The notes under the pieces were generated by a model, which saw only the letters and a list, made by a program, of their open reading frames with translations, had not been told where the DNA came from and made no database searches. Shown here one piece after another: positions 34,836 through 43,653 of a DNA stretch of 48,217 nucleotides (its first letter is position 1; every line of letters starts with the position of its first letter). Source of the DNA: a virus; the IMG/VR virus record IMGVR_UViG_3300036859_000196, positions 1 through 48,217 of that record. One strand, given 5' to 3'. The position numbers and the translations under genes were made by a program.

Positions 34836-35573
34836 CTACTCCTTCGCTGCGGTGGCGGCGTGCTTCATCGCGGCCTCGTACACGCGCAGGGCCTTGATGG
34901 CGTGGTCGGCATCGAGGCGGTGCTGAGAGTTCTTGACGTGGGCGTCCCACGCTTCCTTGAGCTCCACAGCGTCCATGCCAGTCCACTCCTCCTCGATATT
35001 CACGAGATAGCCTTCCTGATCGGCGTAGAGGTCATCAACCGCAATCCGCTCAGCGCCGGGGATGGCATCGACCTCGCTCTCATCGCTGAAGCCGAGTCCG
35101 GAAATGGAGAGTGTGACGCGGCGCTTGGCTTTGGTCGTCGCTTTCATCAAAGCGTTGGCTGCCGCTTCGCCCTCAAGGCCGTCGACACGCACCACGCCGA
35201 TGTCCTCGTCCTGCCGGCCGGTGCCATCGCGGGCGCGGGCCGTGACGATGCACAGGCCGTTCGTCACCTTGCGATCGACAATCTCGATCGACACGCCGTT
35301 GAGCTTTCGCAGTTGGTCGGTGCAATCCTTCAGCGCGTAGAGCGTCAGCTTGCCGTTGAGCTTGATGTAGGCGAACGGCTTGGTGAGCGGGTTGAGACCC
35401 AGCGAGGAGCAGACCTTGCCGTAGTACTCCGTGCGCTGCAGCGGGCTGAGCTGGCCGAGGTCGCCATTGATCATCACGGCTTCCATTGCCTTGCCTACGT
35501 CCTGGCCGGCGGCGGCGAGGGCACGGCTCGAATTGCCGTTGGGGTGGGCGACTGCGGTCGATTGAGCTGCCAT
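34836..35573 (-). CDS. RecT/Red-beta-like single-strand annealing protein
   Basis: LGLNPLTKPFAYIKLNGK...ALMKATTKAKRRVTLSISGLGF; strong GAGGAGG RBS; alternative in-frame start near 35707. Confidence 0.5.
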   Translation of the reverse strand: MAAQSTAVAHPNGNSSRALAAAGQDVGKAMEAVMINGDLGQLSPLQRTEYYGKVCSSLGLNPLTKPFAYIKLNGKLTLYALKDCTDQLRKLNGVSIEIVDRKVTNGLCIVTARARDGTGRQDEDIGVVRVDGLEGEAAANALMKATTKAKRRVTLSISGLGFSDESEVDAIPGAERIAVDDLYADQEGYLVNIEEEWTGMDAVELKEAWDAHVKNSQHRLDADHAIKALRVYEAAMKHAATAAKE

Positions 35574-35778
35574 TGTGGTCCTCCTCAGAAAGCGGGTTCG
35601 TCTTGGTCGTCGGCATAGCTGGGAAGCTGCGGCGCGGCGCAGGTGTCCCATCAGTTCCAGAATGGCCCAACTATCGAATGCCTGCGGCGCTGGCGTCTCA
35701 CTCATGGCTCCCTCCTTCAGGTCAGTGTCTGCGCCGCCTGCTCGCGGCGTTTCTGTTTCGGACCTGTCTTGTACGTTC

Positions 35779-36285
35779 TCATCCCAACCTGACCTGCAAT
35801 GTCTGACCACCGTTGCTCAGTTCGGCGCCTGGGATGGCTTTGCCGTCCTTCAGCGCGGCGAGAACGGCGCGCCTGTCGAGCTTCGGTGTTTGCGTGACCT
35901 TGAAATCGTCAGGGATCGCCGCCTCGTCCGTGATCACCAGCGACGGCGGCACGGCCCGGCACGACACGGTGCCGAGCGGCGTCTCCAGCCGCTGCAGGCC
36001 GCCGACCTCCATGGCCGTGAGTAGAGCGGCACGGATGCGCTCCTCCTGATCCTCCAGCCGCTTGCCGCGCTCACCCAGGACGCTGAGCGTCGCGTTGATC
36101 CCGCTGACCAGCGCGCGGATCTCGACGATGCGCGCCAACGCGTGCCGAATGGCGTCGTGCAAGTCGGTGCTGCCCTCAACCATGTCGCGCTGCAGAATGT
36201 CGTCGTTCTCCAGGTCCAGCGCGAACATGGCCAGAAGCGCGCGCGCCGCATCAATCTGGGTACGCAATTCGCCGGCCGCGCTCAT
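35779..36285 (-). CDS. Hypothetical coiled-coil protein (Gp157-like by position next to recombinase)
   Basis: 168-aa ORF upstream of RecT-like gene. Confidence 0.35.
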   Translation of the reverse strand: MSAAGELRTQIDAARALLAMFALDLENDDILQRDMVEGSTDLHDAIRHALARIVEIRALVSGINATLSVLGERGKRLEDQEERIRAALLTAMEVGGLQRLETPLGTVSCRAVPPSLVITDEAAIPDDFKVTQTPKLDRRAVLAALKDGKAIPGAELSNGGQTLQVRLG

Positions 36286-36515
36286 CGCCCGCCCCCGTTC
36301 AGCTCAATGTCGATCGCCGTGATCACCGGGTTGCCCGGCCAGAGCGGAATGCTCTCGCGCGCCACCTTGAGCAGGTGCCGCAGGCGCCTGTTCTCGGCCT
36401 TGAGCTTGCCGACGTGGTAGTTGATGGTGTCGATGCTCCCGAGAGCGCGCAGATATGCGGCGTCTGCCGGCGTCGGGGACGCGGGCGGGTCGGTCCGCAG
36501 CTCACTGATGGTCAT
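36282..36515 (-). CDS. Hypothetical protein
   Basis: Internal Met MTISELRTD... of ORF 36282..36704. Confidence 0.35.
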   Translation of the reverse strand: MTISELRTDPPASPTPADAAYLRALGSIDTINYHVGKLKAENRRLRHLLKVARESIPLWPGNPVITAIDIELNGGGR

Positions 36516-36799
36516 TACACGGTCTCCTTCTCTGCGCGCTGCTTCGCGACGTTCTCGGCCCACTCCGCGCTGATCTCGACGTACTTCGTCTGCTGCAGGT
36601 GCAGAGCGATGCGCGTGTAGAGCGGATCGTCCTGGGCAAGGGCGACCGATGCGTCGCCAGCGCCCTTCTTCCACCCGTACAGGTCGATGCCGGCGATGTG
36701 CCAACCGCTGCCATCGCAGCGATCGATGCGCGCGGTGCCCTCGTAGAGCGCGATCTCCACGTCTCCGCGCGTCTCTGGAAAATCGAAATTATGGAGCAT
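36515..36799 (-). CDS. Hypothetical protein
   Basis: ATG 36799 with GGAGGAAGG RBS. Confidence 0.45.
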   Translation of the reverse strand: MLHNFDFPETRGDVEIALYEGTARIDRCDGSGWHIAGIDLYGWKKGAGDASVALAQDDPLYTRIALHLQQTKYVEISAEWAENVAKQRAEKETV

Positions 36800-36947
36800 G
36801 CCTTCCTCCCGTTCAGATGTGCGGGCGCGGCCCGCCGTCGAAACCGCGCCCGCCTTGGCTCTCGGGTTGCATTGCGGAGCCCCCGAGAACCAACGCCCTG
36901 CCCTCGCCCCGCTGACCGGGGGCACGGGTGAAACTCCGTGCTGGTTG

Positions 36948-37793
36948 CTATGCGGTCTCAATCAACTCGATCACCTTGTCGGCCATTTTTGTCCACGCCG
37001 CGCTCCACGCCGCGCTCCACGCCGCGCTCTCCGCGCTCCACGCCGCGCTCTCCGCGCTCCACGCCGCGCTCTCCGCGCTCCTCGCCGCGCTCTCCGCGCT
37101 CCTCGCCGCGCTCCTCGCCGCGCTCGCCGCGCTCCTCGCCGCGCTCTCCGCGCTCCACGCCGCGCTCCACGCCGCGCTCCACGCCGCGCTCTCCGCGCTC
37201 ATCGCCGCGCTCCACGCCGCGCTCTCCGCGCTCATCGCCGCGCTCCTCGCCGCGCTCGCCGCGCTCCTCGCCGCGCTCCTCGCCGCGCTCCTCGCCGCGC
37301 TCGCCGCGCTCCTCGCCGCGCTCCTCGCCGCGCTCTCCTCTGGACGTGCGCCCTTGCACATCGGCAAGAGAACGTCAGCACACTGACGCACAGCGTCCCG
37401 CACCAGATCATGCTCGATGCCTGGATTGACGCTGCTGTCTGTCAGCAGCCAATGCAGAAAGCGCCAGCCCACGCAGGACAGATCGGCGCCGGGGCGGATC
37501 GCGCGCATGAAACGCTCGGGCCACGCCTGAGCGGCGCCATTCGGCAGGCCTTCAAAGATCGAGTCTTCCAGGTGTGCCAGCATCACCGGGATGCCGAAGC
37601 GCGTCTCGTACTCCACGTGGTTGTCGCTGTAGAGCGTGCAGCCGACCGCGCACCCCTTGCCGTTCTGCCAATACTGGCCCTTGATGATCTCGTCGGCGGC
37701 GCGGTGGCGGGCGAGTTGGGCCAGGATGTCGATCTTGGCCTGGGGGTCGCCGTGGTAGGCCTGCATCGGGGTGCTCTCCTGCAATGGCGGCAT
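36948..37793 (-). CDS. Protein with globular N-terminal domain and ~29 tetrapeptide repeats
   Basis: Repeats SAAR/SAAW/SAES/SAAS/SAAM encoded by 12-nt units; likely start ATG 37766 (AGGAGA RBS). Confidence 0.55.
   Translation of the reverse strand: MPPLQESTPMQAYHGDPQAKIDILAQLARHRAADEIIKGQYWQNGKGCAVGCTLYSDNHVEYETRFGIPVMLAHLEDSIFEGLPNGAAQAWPERFMRAIRPGADLSCVGWRFLHWLLTDSSVNPGIEHDLVRDAVRQCADVLLPMCKGARPEESAARSAARSAASAARSAARSAARSAASAARSAAMSAESAAWSAAMSAESAAWSAAWSAAWSAESAARSAASAARSAARSAESAARSAESAAWSAESAAWSAESAAWSAAWSAAWTKMADKVIELIETA
36990..37340. repeat. Tandem array of ~29 imperfect 12-nt repeats
   Basis: Units like GCGCTCCACGCC / GCGCTCTCCGCC; all six frames open across the array. Confidence 0.85.
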
Positions 37794-38392
37794 GACGCGG
37801 GAACTCCGGGGACGAATGACTGATGTAGGCCAAGCTAAGGGGAAATCTCCCCCATGTCAATTAATATCTGGGAACTTTCCCCCACTCCTTGCTGAGGCGT
37901 GACCATTCTGCCACGATCAGCACGCGGGGCATTTGGCAGTGTGAGGGGTATGCAATGTTGGTGCGCGTTTCGTTGTTGCTGCTATTGTCGACCTGGTGCG
38001 GTCCATCGCTCGCGCAAGACGCCCGCCTCGACGAAGCCATCAAAGCCGAGCGCAGGGCGGTGCACGATGCGATCAATCTGGCCCAGGAACCGCTGCGGCG
38101 CTTCAGGGCGCCAAAGCCAGCCGGATTGCGCGTCAAAGGACCTCAACGACGCGATCGTATTTAGTCAGGGCATCATCTCTGCTCTGGTGCAGAAGCCAGG
38201 CAACTTGGACCCGACGTTATTCCTGGAGCTTGGGGCGTCTGCGCTTGACGTCGGCGATGGGGCGCGCATAGCGGGTTGCCGCGAGGACGCTCGCAAGATG
38301 TACGACTACGTCATCAGGGTGTTTGTCGGGGGCGCCTATGCCGGCCTGCGCCAGCGGGCGCAGATCGGCATCGATGATCTCCGCGCGGCGCG

Positions 38393-38839
38393 CTAACGCC
38401 CGCCGCGTCGGACCCAGGTTATCGGCGCGGCCCAATCGATCAAGACGTTTTCCATGGGCCGCGACAAGGGGTTATAGGACCGCAGCGTGTAGCGATCCGG
38501 CATAGTGCCCTTGTCGAGGATCTTAATCAGCGTCTCGCCGTCGTCGGTCCGCAGCGCGCAGTCGAGCCCGATCAGGTTGTCGAGATACTTGCCGGCCCGT
38601 CTCTGGCAGAACAGCTGATCGCCGTCGCGATACGTGGGCGACATCGAGTCGCCGCGAACCTCGATTGCAAAGGCTCCCGACCCCGCCTCGAAAGCGAAGT
38701 CGGCCACCTCGGGCGGGCGGCCCTTTGTCGGCTCCTGGAAGGGCGTCCAGCGCTCCGCGCCATTTGCAATGCCCACCAGCGGGATCTGGAGCTGGAAGCG
38801 CTCGTCGCCCGACAAGAGCATCATGGGGTGCACGTCCAA
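38393..38839 (-). CDS. S24 (LexA/CI-type) peptidase domain, probable C-terminal part of a frameshifted CI-like repressor
   Basis: VRGDSMSPTYRDGDQLF (Ser) and TLIKIL (Lys); HTH-like sequence continues upstream in this frame and in the neighbouring frame. Confidence 0.65.
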   Translation of the reverse strand: MDVHPMMLLSGDERFQLQIPLVGIANGAERWTPFQEPTKGRPPEVADFAFEAGSGAFAIEVRGDSMSPTYRDGDQLFCQRRAGKYLDNLIGLDCALRTDDGETLIKILDKGTMPDRYTLRSYNPLSRPMENVLIDWAAPITWVRRGGR

Positions 38840-39081
38840 GACGTGGGCCAGCTTGACGAACTTATCGATGCTTGGATCGTGGCCGCGATTGAGCCAGTCA
38901 CGCGCCCCCCAATCTTTAGCGACGCCTCCCGCATGCTCATGCCCTTCTGCTTGAGCAGCCGGAGGGCGCGCCTGCGCCAGTCCAAGTCCATGGCGACGCG
39001 GTAGGGGCTTTTTCCATCGTGCACAATCCTTGAGGGAAATTTGCCCTTGTCATAGGGGTTTTTTCCCCCTATAAGGCGGTC

Positions 39082-39297
39082 ATGAGCGAAGCGCAATCCT
39101 TCCTGGTCGAGATCGAAAAGTTTCTTGTGCGCACGGGCATGACGCCCGCGGCGTTCGGCAAAAGGACGGCCAACGATGGCAAGTTCGTCGATCGGCTGCG
39201 GCGCGGCGGTCAGGTGACCTTGGGCACTGCCGAACGTATCCGCGAGTTTATCGCTGGGTACGAGGTGCCGCGCGAGCGGCGGCGTCGGGTGGCTTAA
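39082..39297 (+). CDS. Cro-like small regulator
   Basis: 71-aa ORF divergent from repressor; GMTPAAFGKRTANDGKFVDRLRRGGQVTLGTAERI. Confidence 0.4.
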   Translation: MSEAQSFLVEIEKFLVRTGMTPAAFGKRTANDGKFVDRLRRGGQVTLGTAERIREFIAGYEVPRERRRRVA

Positions 39298-39623
39298 CCA
39301 TGTGGCGTACTCCGGGCAACCGAGTGCGCCAGTTGCGTTTGTTGCACCAACCTCCAGCTTGGCCCGCACGCGCCAAGCTCCCGAGGTTGACCCTGCAACG
39401 TGTGCGTGCTGCGGCGCAAGTGGGGAATTCCACAGCCCGCCGATAGTCAGTTGCGATGTGTCTGAAATCGCACAGTCCCCGTAGCGTTCCATTGCGTCGG
39501 TGGCGGTCAGCCGGGCCGAAGAGGTCGCCCGCCGCGTGGCGGCGGGCGCGGATTGAAACACGTTGCTGCGCGTTGCTTCACGTTGCGTCCAGAGTCACCT
39601 CAACGCACCGCAAGGGACTGCGC

Positions 39624-41057
39624 ATGCACGGCAATCGCATAATCGGCGGAACGATCGCGGCTCTCACGGTGGGCTGCCTGTTCCTCACCGCCTGGATCAT
39701 GCACCGCAGCGGGGCGCTGCAGGGCGCCACCGAGGATGGACGATGGGCGCTGGGGCTCGCGGCGATCGCGGTGCATCTAGGCCTCGCGGTGTTCGGCCTG
39801 GCCATGTTCGCGTCGCGCAAGCTCGCGGTCACCCTGGTCTGCGGGTTGATGGTGCTCGGCGCCGCGGCGTGTTCGGCCTGGCAGATCGCGACCTTCCTGG
39901 CCACCGAGGTGATCAGCGTCACCAAGGCGCGGGAGGCAATCGAGAAGCGTGAGGATGTTCGCGCGGCCGCGGCGCTCGAAGCGGCCAAGGAGCAGCGCAA
40001 GACGCAGGCCAAGCTCGCCGAGGACGAGCTCAAGTGGAGCCGTGGGACAACGCGCGAGGTCGGCGGCCGGCGCGAACGCAAGGAGATGGCCGACGCGCGA
40101 GCGAAGCTGATTGCCGAGATGGGCAAGGCCGAGATGGCCGCAGCGGCGCCGGCGCCGAAGGCCGAGACGGCGCCGCAGGTACAATCCGGAGCCGTGGCGC
40201 AGTGGGTCGCCGCCCGCATGGGCTGGGACGAGACCGCCATGCAGGCGTCACCCTACCTGATGATCGCGCTCATGCTGCTGGCCATCGAGGTCGTCGGCTG
40301 GCCGATGGCGAGCTTCTATTGGAACCGGCCTGGGCCACAGATCATCACCGTGACTGCGGAGCAGGTGGCGCCTGTGCCGACGCCGCCCCGAACCGAACCC
40401 ATTGCCGCCGCATCTGAGTTGCCCGCTCTACTCCTGCCGGCGCCCGAGCCCGCCAAGGTGCAGCCCGCCAGGCTGCCGCCTCCCCGCACGCGCCAGCCGG
40501 TCTCAGAGCCTGCGCGCGCCGCACTGGATGCCGTGGGCTACCCATGGATCAAGCCGCGCGGGCCGCTGCTGGAGCAGCCACTCACCGCGGAGAAGTTTGC
40601 GGTCTGGCTGCGCGCATTCGGTTTCGACGGCGCACACGATTTCCACAAGATCCAGCGCCTCTACCAGGAGGCCTGCACCGAGTTCCACTGCGAGGCGCTG
40701 AGCTACAAGACGCTCGCCGGCACGCTCGACAACCGCCGTCTCGGCGTCGTCAAGAAGACCGGCGGCCCCGTGACCTGGATCGTCACACCCTTCCGCGCAA
40801 AGAAGGCCGCGCCTGAGGCGGCGGCTGAGCAGCCAGAACAGCGTCTCGACGGCGAGCAAGAGCCGGTCTCGGAGGGCCGGCGAGGGATCATCCCTTTCTC
40901 CGCCGCGGCACGGGCGCCGCATAAGCCAATGGCCCGGATCAACTTCCGCCAGTTCGACCACCCGGCAATCGTGCAAGCGAGGGCGCACGCGCTGCGGCGC
41001 GAGGGGCGCATGGTGCGGCGGCAGCGTGGTGCGCGCGTGAACAGGAGGGCGGCGTGA
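39624..41057 (+). CDS. Large membrane protein of unknown function
   Basis: ATG 39624; about four N-terminal hydrophobic segments, Ala/Glu/Lys coiled coil, Pro-rich linker, C-terminal domain. Confidence 0.5.
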   Translation: MHGNRIIGGTIAALTVGCLFLTAWIMHRSGALQGATEDGRWALGLAAIAVHLGLAVFGLAMFASRKLAVTLVCGLMVLGAAACSAWQIATFLATEVISVTKAREAIEKREDVRAAAALEAAKEQRKTQAKLAEDELKWSRGTTREVGGRRERKEMADARAKLIAEMGKAEMAAAAPAPKAETAPQVQSGAVAQWVAARMGWDETAMQASPYLMIALMLLAIEVVGWPMASFYWNRPGPQIITVTAEQVAPVPTPPRTEPIAAASELPALLLPAPEPAKVQPARLPPPRTRQPVSEPARAALDAVGYPWIKPRGPLLEQPLTAEKFAVWLRAFGFDGAHDFHKIQRLYQEACTEFHCEALSYKTLAGTLDNRRLGVVKKTGGPVTWIVTPFRAKKAAPEAAAEQPEQRLDGEQEPVSEGRRGIIPFSAAARAPHKPMARINFRQFDHPAIVQARAHALRREGRMVRRQRGARVNRRAA

Positions 41058-41074
41058 CTGAGGGGCGCACCGAG

Positions 41075-41338
41075 ATGGCGCTGAGGTTCATCGACCTTGC
41101 GATTGCCAAGGGCGACCTCAAATTCGGCTACGGAGCAATCGCCGCTCATCTGGAGATCATGACCGGCGAGGAACACACGGTCGGCATGGTAGCGGGATTG
41201 CTCGACAGAGAAGGGAAGCGTAGGCCGCATGAAAAGCAGAAGCCCCCGGCTGCTGACCGCCGAGGGCTTCGAGAACTGAGTAACCCGTCCCGGCAAGGAG
41301 GATCACACATGGACACCAAGGAGGCATCCGATGCCTGA
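41075..41338 (+). CDS. Hypothetical protein
   Basis: Internal Met MALRFIDLAIAKGDLKFGYG... of ORF 41054..41338. Confidence 0.3.
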   Translation: MALRFIDLAIAKGDLKFGYGAIAAHLEIMTGEEHTVGMVAGLLDREGKRRPHEKQKPPAADRRGLRELSNPSRQGGSHMDTKEASDA

Positions 41339-42305
41339 TGAAATAGAGGCAAACGGCGGCAAAAGCAAGGCCCCCAAGCGGAAATCCACGCGCGATAGCG
41401 ACCTTTGGTACAAGCGCTACCCGGCTCGGTTCCGCAGAGACACGATGCACGATCATCCGATGCCGTTCGATCTGCGATGCCAGTGGAGCCTGCTGACCGA
41501 TCTGTTCTACGAGCACGGCGGTCCGCTGCTGAATGACGACCGATGGGTCGCTCTCCAGTTCGGCTGCGACGTGCGCAAATGGAAGCATATCCGCGCGCAG
41601 CTTTTCGCTCATGGGAAACTAACCATCGGCCCCGACGGATTGATCCACAACAAGACCGCCGACGAGGTGATCGGCGAGCGCGCCGACAAGCTCGTAAAGA
41701 CTGCCGTTGCGCCAGCAAGACGACGCCTCGGGAAGGGCGCGACCCCTGCCAGTACCCCTGCCACTACCTCGGTCGGTAGTCCCCCCGGTAGTCCCCCCGG
41801 TACTGGCGCCGATCTTTCCGAAAAGCCCAATGATATCAACGAAGGCGCGCAAAAAACGGCCGGAGACACGCGCGCGTCTTTAGATCTTCCTTCGGAAGAG
41901 AGAAGAGAGATAGAGAGAAGAGAGATCCAGACTCGTCCTTTTTCCTCTGTTGCTGCGCGTGAGGAAAAGGACGACGAGCGCAGGGTCGTTTTTGAAAACG
42001 GCAAGATCGAACTGTTCAACGGGATGCGAGCCTATTGGCTCGATCGGTTCGATGGTGACGGCGACCGACTGGAACTTGGTCTGATCCAGGCAGCGGCGTT
42101 CGTGCAGTCCAACTCGTCACGCCCCATCGAAGCGCAGGTCAGCGCGCAGCTCGCCCGGCAGTGCGCCGAGAGGCACGACCGCGACAAGCGGTACGCGGCC
42201 GCAGCTGACCGCAAGGCGGCAACCAACCCCGCGTCGGGTACAGACCCGCTGATGTCACCCAAACGCGCCCGTGCGCTCGCTGCCTACCAGGAGATGTTCG
42301 GATGA
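41331..42305 (+). CDS. Replication initiation protein (DUF1376/YdaU-like N-terminal domain)
   Basis: WYKRYPARFRRDTMHDHPMPFDLRCQWSLLTDLFYEHGGPL; internal repeats and AT-rich patch. Confidence 0.55.
   Translation: MPDEIEANGGKSKAPKRKSTRDSDLWYKRYPARFRRDTMHDHPMPFDLRCQWSLLTDLFYEHGGPLLNDDRWVALQFGCDVRKWKHIRAQLFAHGKLTIGPDGLIHNKTADEVIGERADKLVKTAVAPARRRLGKGATPASTPATTSVGSPPGSPPGTGADLSEKPNDINEGAQKTAGDTRASLDLPSEERREIERREIQTRPFSSVAAREEKDDERRVVFENGKIELFNGMRAYWLDRFDGDGDRLELGLIQAAAFVQSNSSRPIEAQVSAQLARQCAERHDRDKRYAAAADRKAATNPASGTDPLMSPKRARALAAYQEMFG
41895..41930. repeat. Two tandem ~15-bp direct repeats inside the replication gene, iteron-like
   Basis: AGAGAAGAGAGAT-AGAGAGAAGAGAGAT with adjacent CTTCC..GGAAG inverted repeat and T-run. 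Confidence 0.35.
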
Positions 42306-42733
42306 CACCCGACGAGTTCGTGCAGCGCCTGTTGAACCACATCGGTCCGCCCGATCACGCGACCGACCTAAAAACCTTCAAGGCCGACTACGTCGCAGCA
42401 CTCGGCGGTGCCGAGCCCGACATCCTGCGGGAAGCCTCGGAGCGACTGCTGAAGGCCCGCACGTACCGCGCGTGGCCGATGGTCGGCGAGTGCGTCGAAG
42501 CCGTCGGGGCTGTCGCCGGCGAACGCGAGCGGAAGCGCCAGCGCGAGAGCCGTGGCGGCACATCGCCCTACGCGACCAACAACGCGACGCCGGAGATGCG
42601 CCAGCGTGTCGCTGCCTTGGTGAAGGCCACCGTCGCGGAGATGGCCGAGAAAGCCGCGCATCGTGGCAATAAGCCGATCCTCTACGCGCTCTACGAGGAA
42701 ATTCACGGCAGGCCATGGAGGGAGCCGACATGA
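42302..42733 (+). CDS. Hypothetical protein
   Basis: 143-aa ORF coupled to replication gene. Confidence 0.4.
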   Translation: MTPDEFVQRLLNHIGPPDHATDLKTFKADYVAALGGAEPDILREASERLLKARTYRAWPMVGECVEAVGAVAGERERKRQRESRGGTSPYATNNATPEMRQRVAALVKATVAEMAEKAAHRGNKPILYALYEEIHGRPWREPT

Positions 42734-43077
42734 TCCGCCAGGTCCTCGCCAAGGACCCCGACGAGCCGATTTGCGACGCGTGCGCCGGGGCGCTCGGCGC
42801 GCATCCGACAGTGAACGCCATTGCCACCGTCTCGACGCGCGCGTGCTGCCTCTGCGACGAGGAACGCCCATGCGCCGCGATCCGCGACTGGTCGTGGCCG
42901 ACAAATCCCACGGCGGGGCGGGGCGACACGCGCGCGCTGCATCAAGCAATCTCTGCCGACACTGACAGCCAGGCGAGCGCTGCTGCCCCGTCCGTGGGCC
43001 TGACAACACCGCGCCGGCCGCACGACGAGCCGGACGACTACAGCGAACTCGAAACGCTGCTCGGGAGGCGCGCATGA
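42730..43077 (+). CDS. Hypothetical Cys-rich protein
   Basis: ATG 42730 overlaps upstream stop; CDAC...CCLCDEERPC. Confidence 0.4.
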   Translation: MIRQVLAKDPDEPICDACAGALGAHPTVNAIATVSTRACCLCDEERPCAAIRDWSWPTNPTAGRGDTRALHQAISADTDSQASAAAPSVGLTTPRRPHDEPDDYSELETLLGRRA

Positions 43078-43601
43078 CCAGAGCCCACCGCGACGGCCTC
43101 ATCGCCGCCGCCGTCCTGCTCGCGCTCATCGCGCTGCTCGCCGCCAACGCGCGATCGGAGCCCTACCGCGGCGACTACATCGACGAAGAGCAGCGCGCCA
43201 ACCGCCGCGCGCTGCTGGCGCACAATTGCTTCTGGTACGGAACACACTGCCGCGGCTGGCGCCCGCGCGCGCAGCAGCGCCATGCCCAGCCTTCGATCGA
43301 CAGCGACGTGGTGTGCCATCGCCTCACCGAGGCCACCGGCGAGCAGGCGCAATCGAAGGAAGCCGCAGAGGAGCGCGCGCTTCGCGCTTGGCAAGGCCGC
43401 GTGCGGTTCCACTTCGGCGAAAGATTTATCGCCTTCGATAACGCACGCGACGCGCGCATCGCCTGCTCGCCGTCGTCGGTCGCCGATACGGTGGGCGGCA
43501 AGATCCAGGACAAGCTTCTCGGCATCTCGCACTTCCGCTGCGAGATCTCGGCAAGGCCCTGCCGGGCTCCGGCCCGCAAGGTCAATCGCGGCGATGACTG
43601 A
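43074..43601 (+). CDS. Secreted or membrane-anchored protein
   Basis: N-terminal LIAAAVLLALIALLAANA signal-like segment; several Cys. Confidence 0.45.
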   Translation: MTRAHRDGLIAAAVLLALIALLAANARSEPYRGDYIDEEQRANRRALLAHNCFWYGTHCRGWRPRAQQRHAQPSIDSDVVCHRLTEATGEQAQSKEAAEERALRAWQGRVRFHFGERFIAFDNARDARIACSPSSVADTVGGKIQDKLLGISHFRCEISARPCRAPARKVNRGDD

Positions 43602-43653
43602 TCATCGCCGATGCGTTTCCGTTGCGTTGCGTTTGACATGTCAACAACCAAGG

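Noticed and set aside
36990-37340. Possible CRISPR array
   Set aside because: Units are 12 nt, contiguous, with no spacers; this is a coding tandem repeat.
36928-37429. Plus-strand ORFs across the 12-nt repeat array (Ala/Leu-rich and Arg/Ser/Pro-rich)
   Set aside because: The array is open in all frames; only the minus-strand frame connects to a non-repetitive domain with an RBS and matches neighbouring gene orientation.
38821-39561. Full 246-aa minus-strand ORF upstream of the S24 domain
   Set aside because: Only its last ~57 codons look protein-like; the rest runs through the divergent promoter region and the Cro-like gene on the opposite strand.
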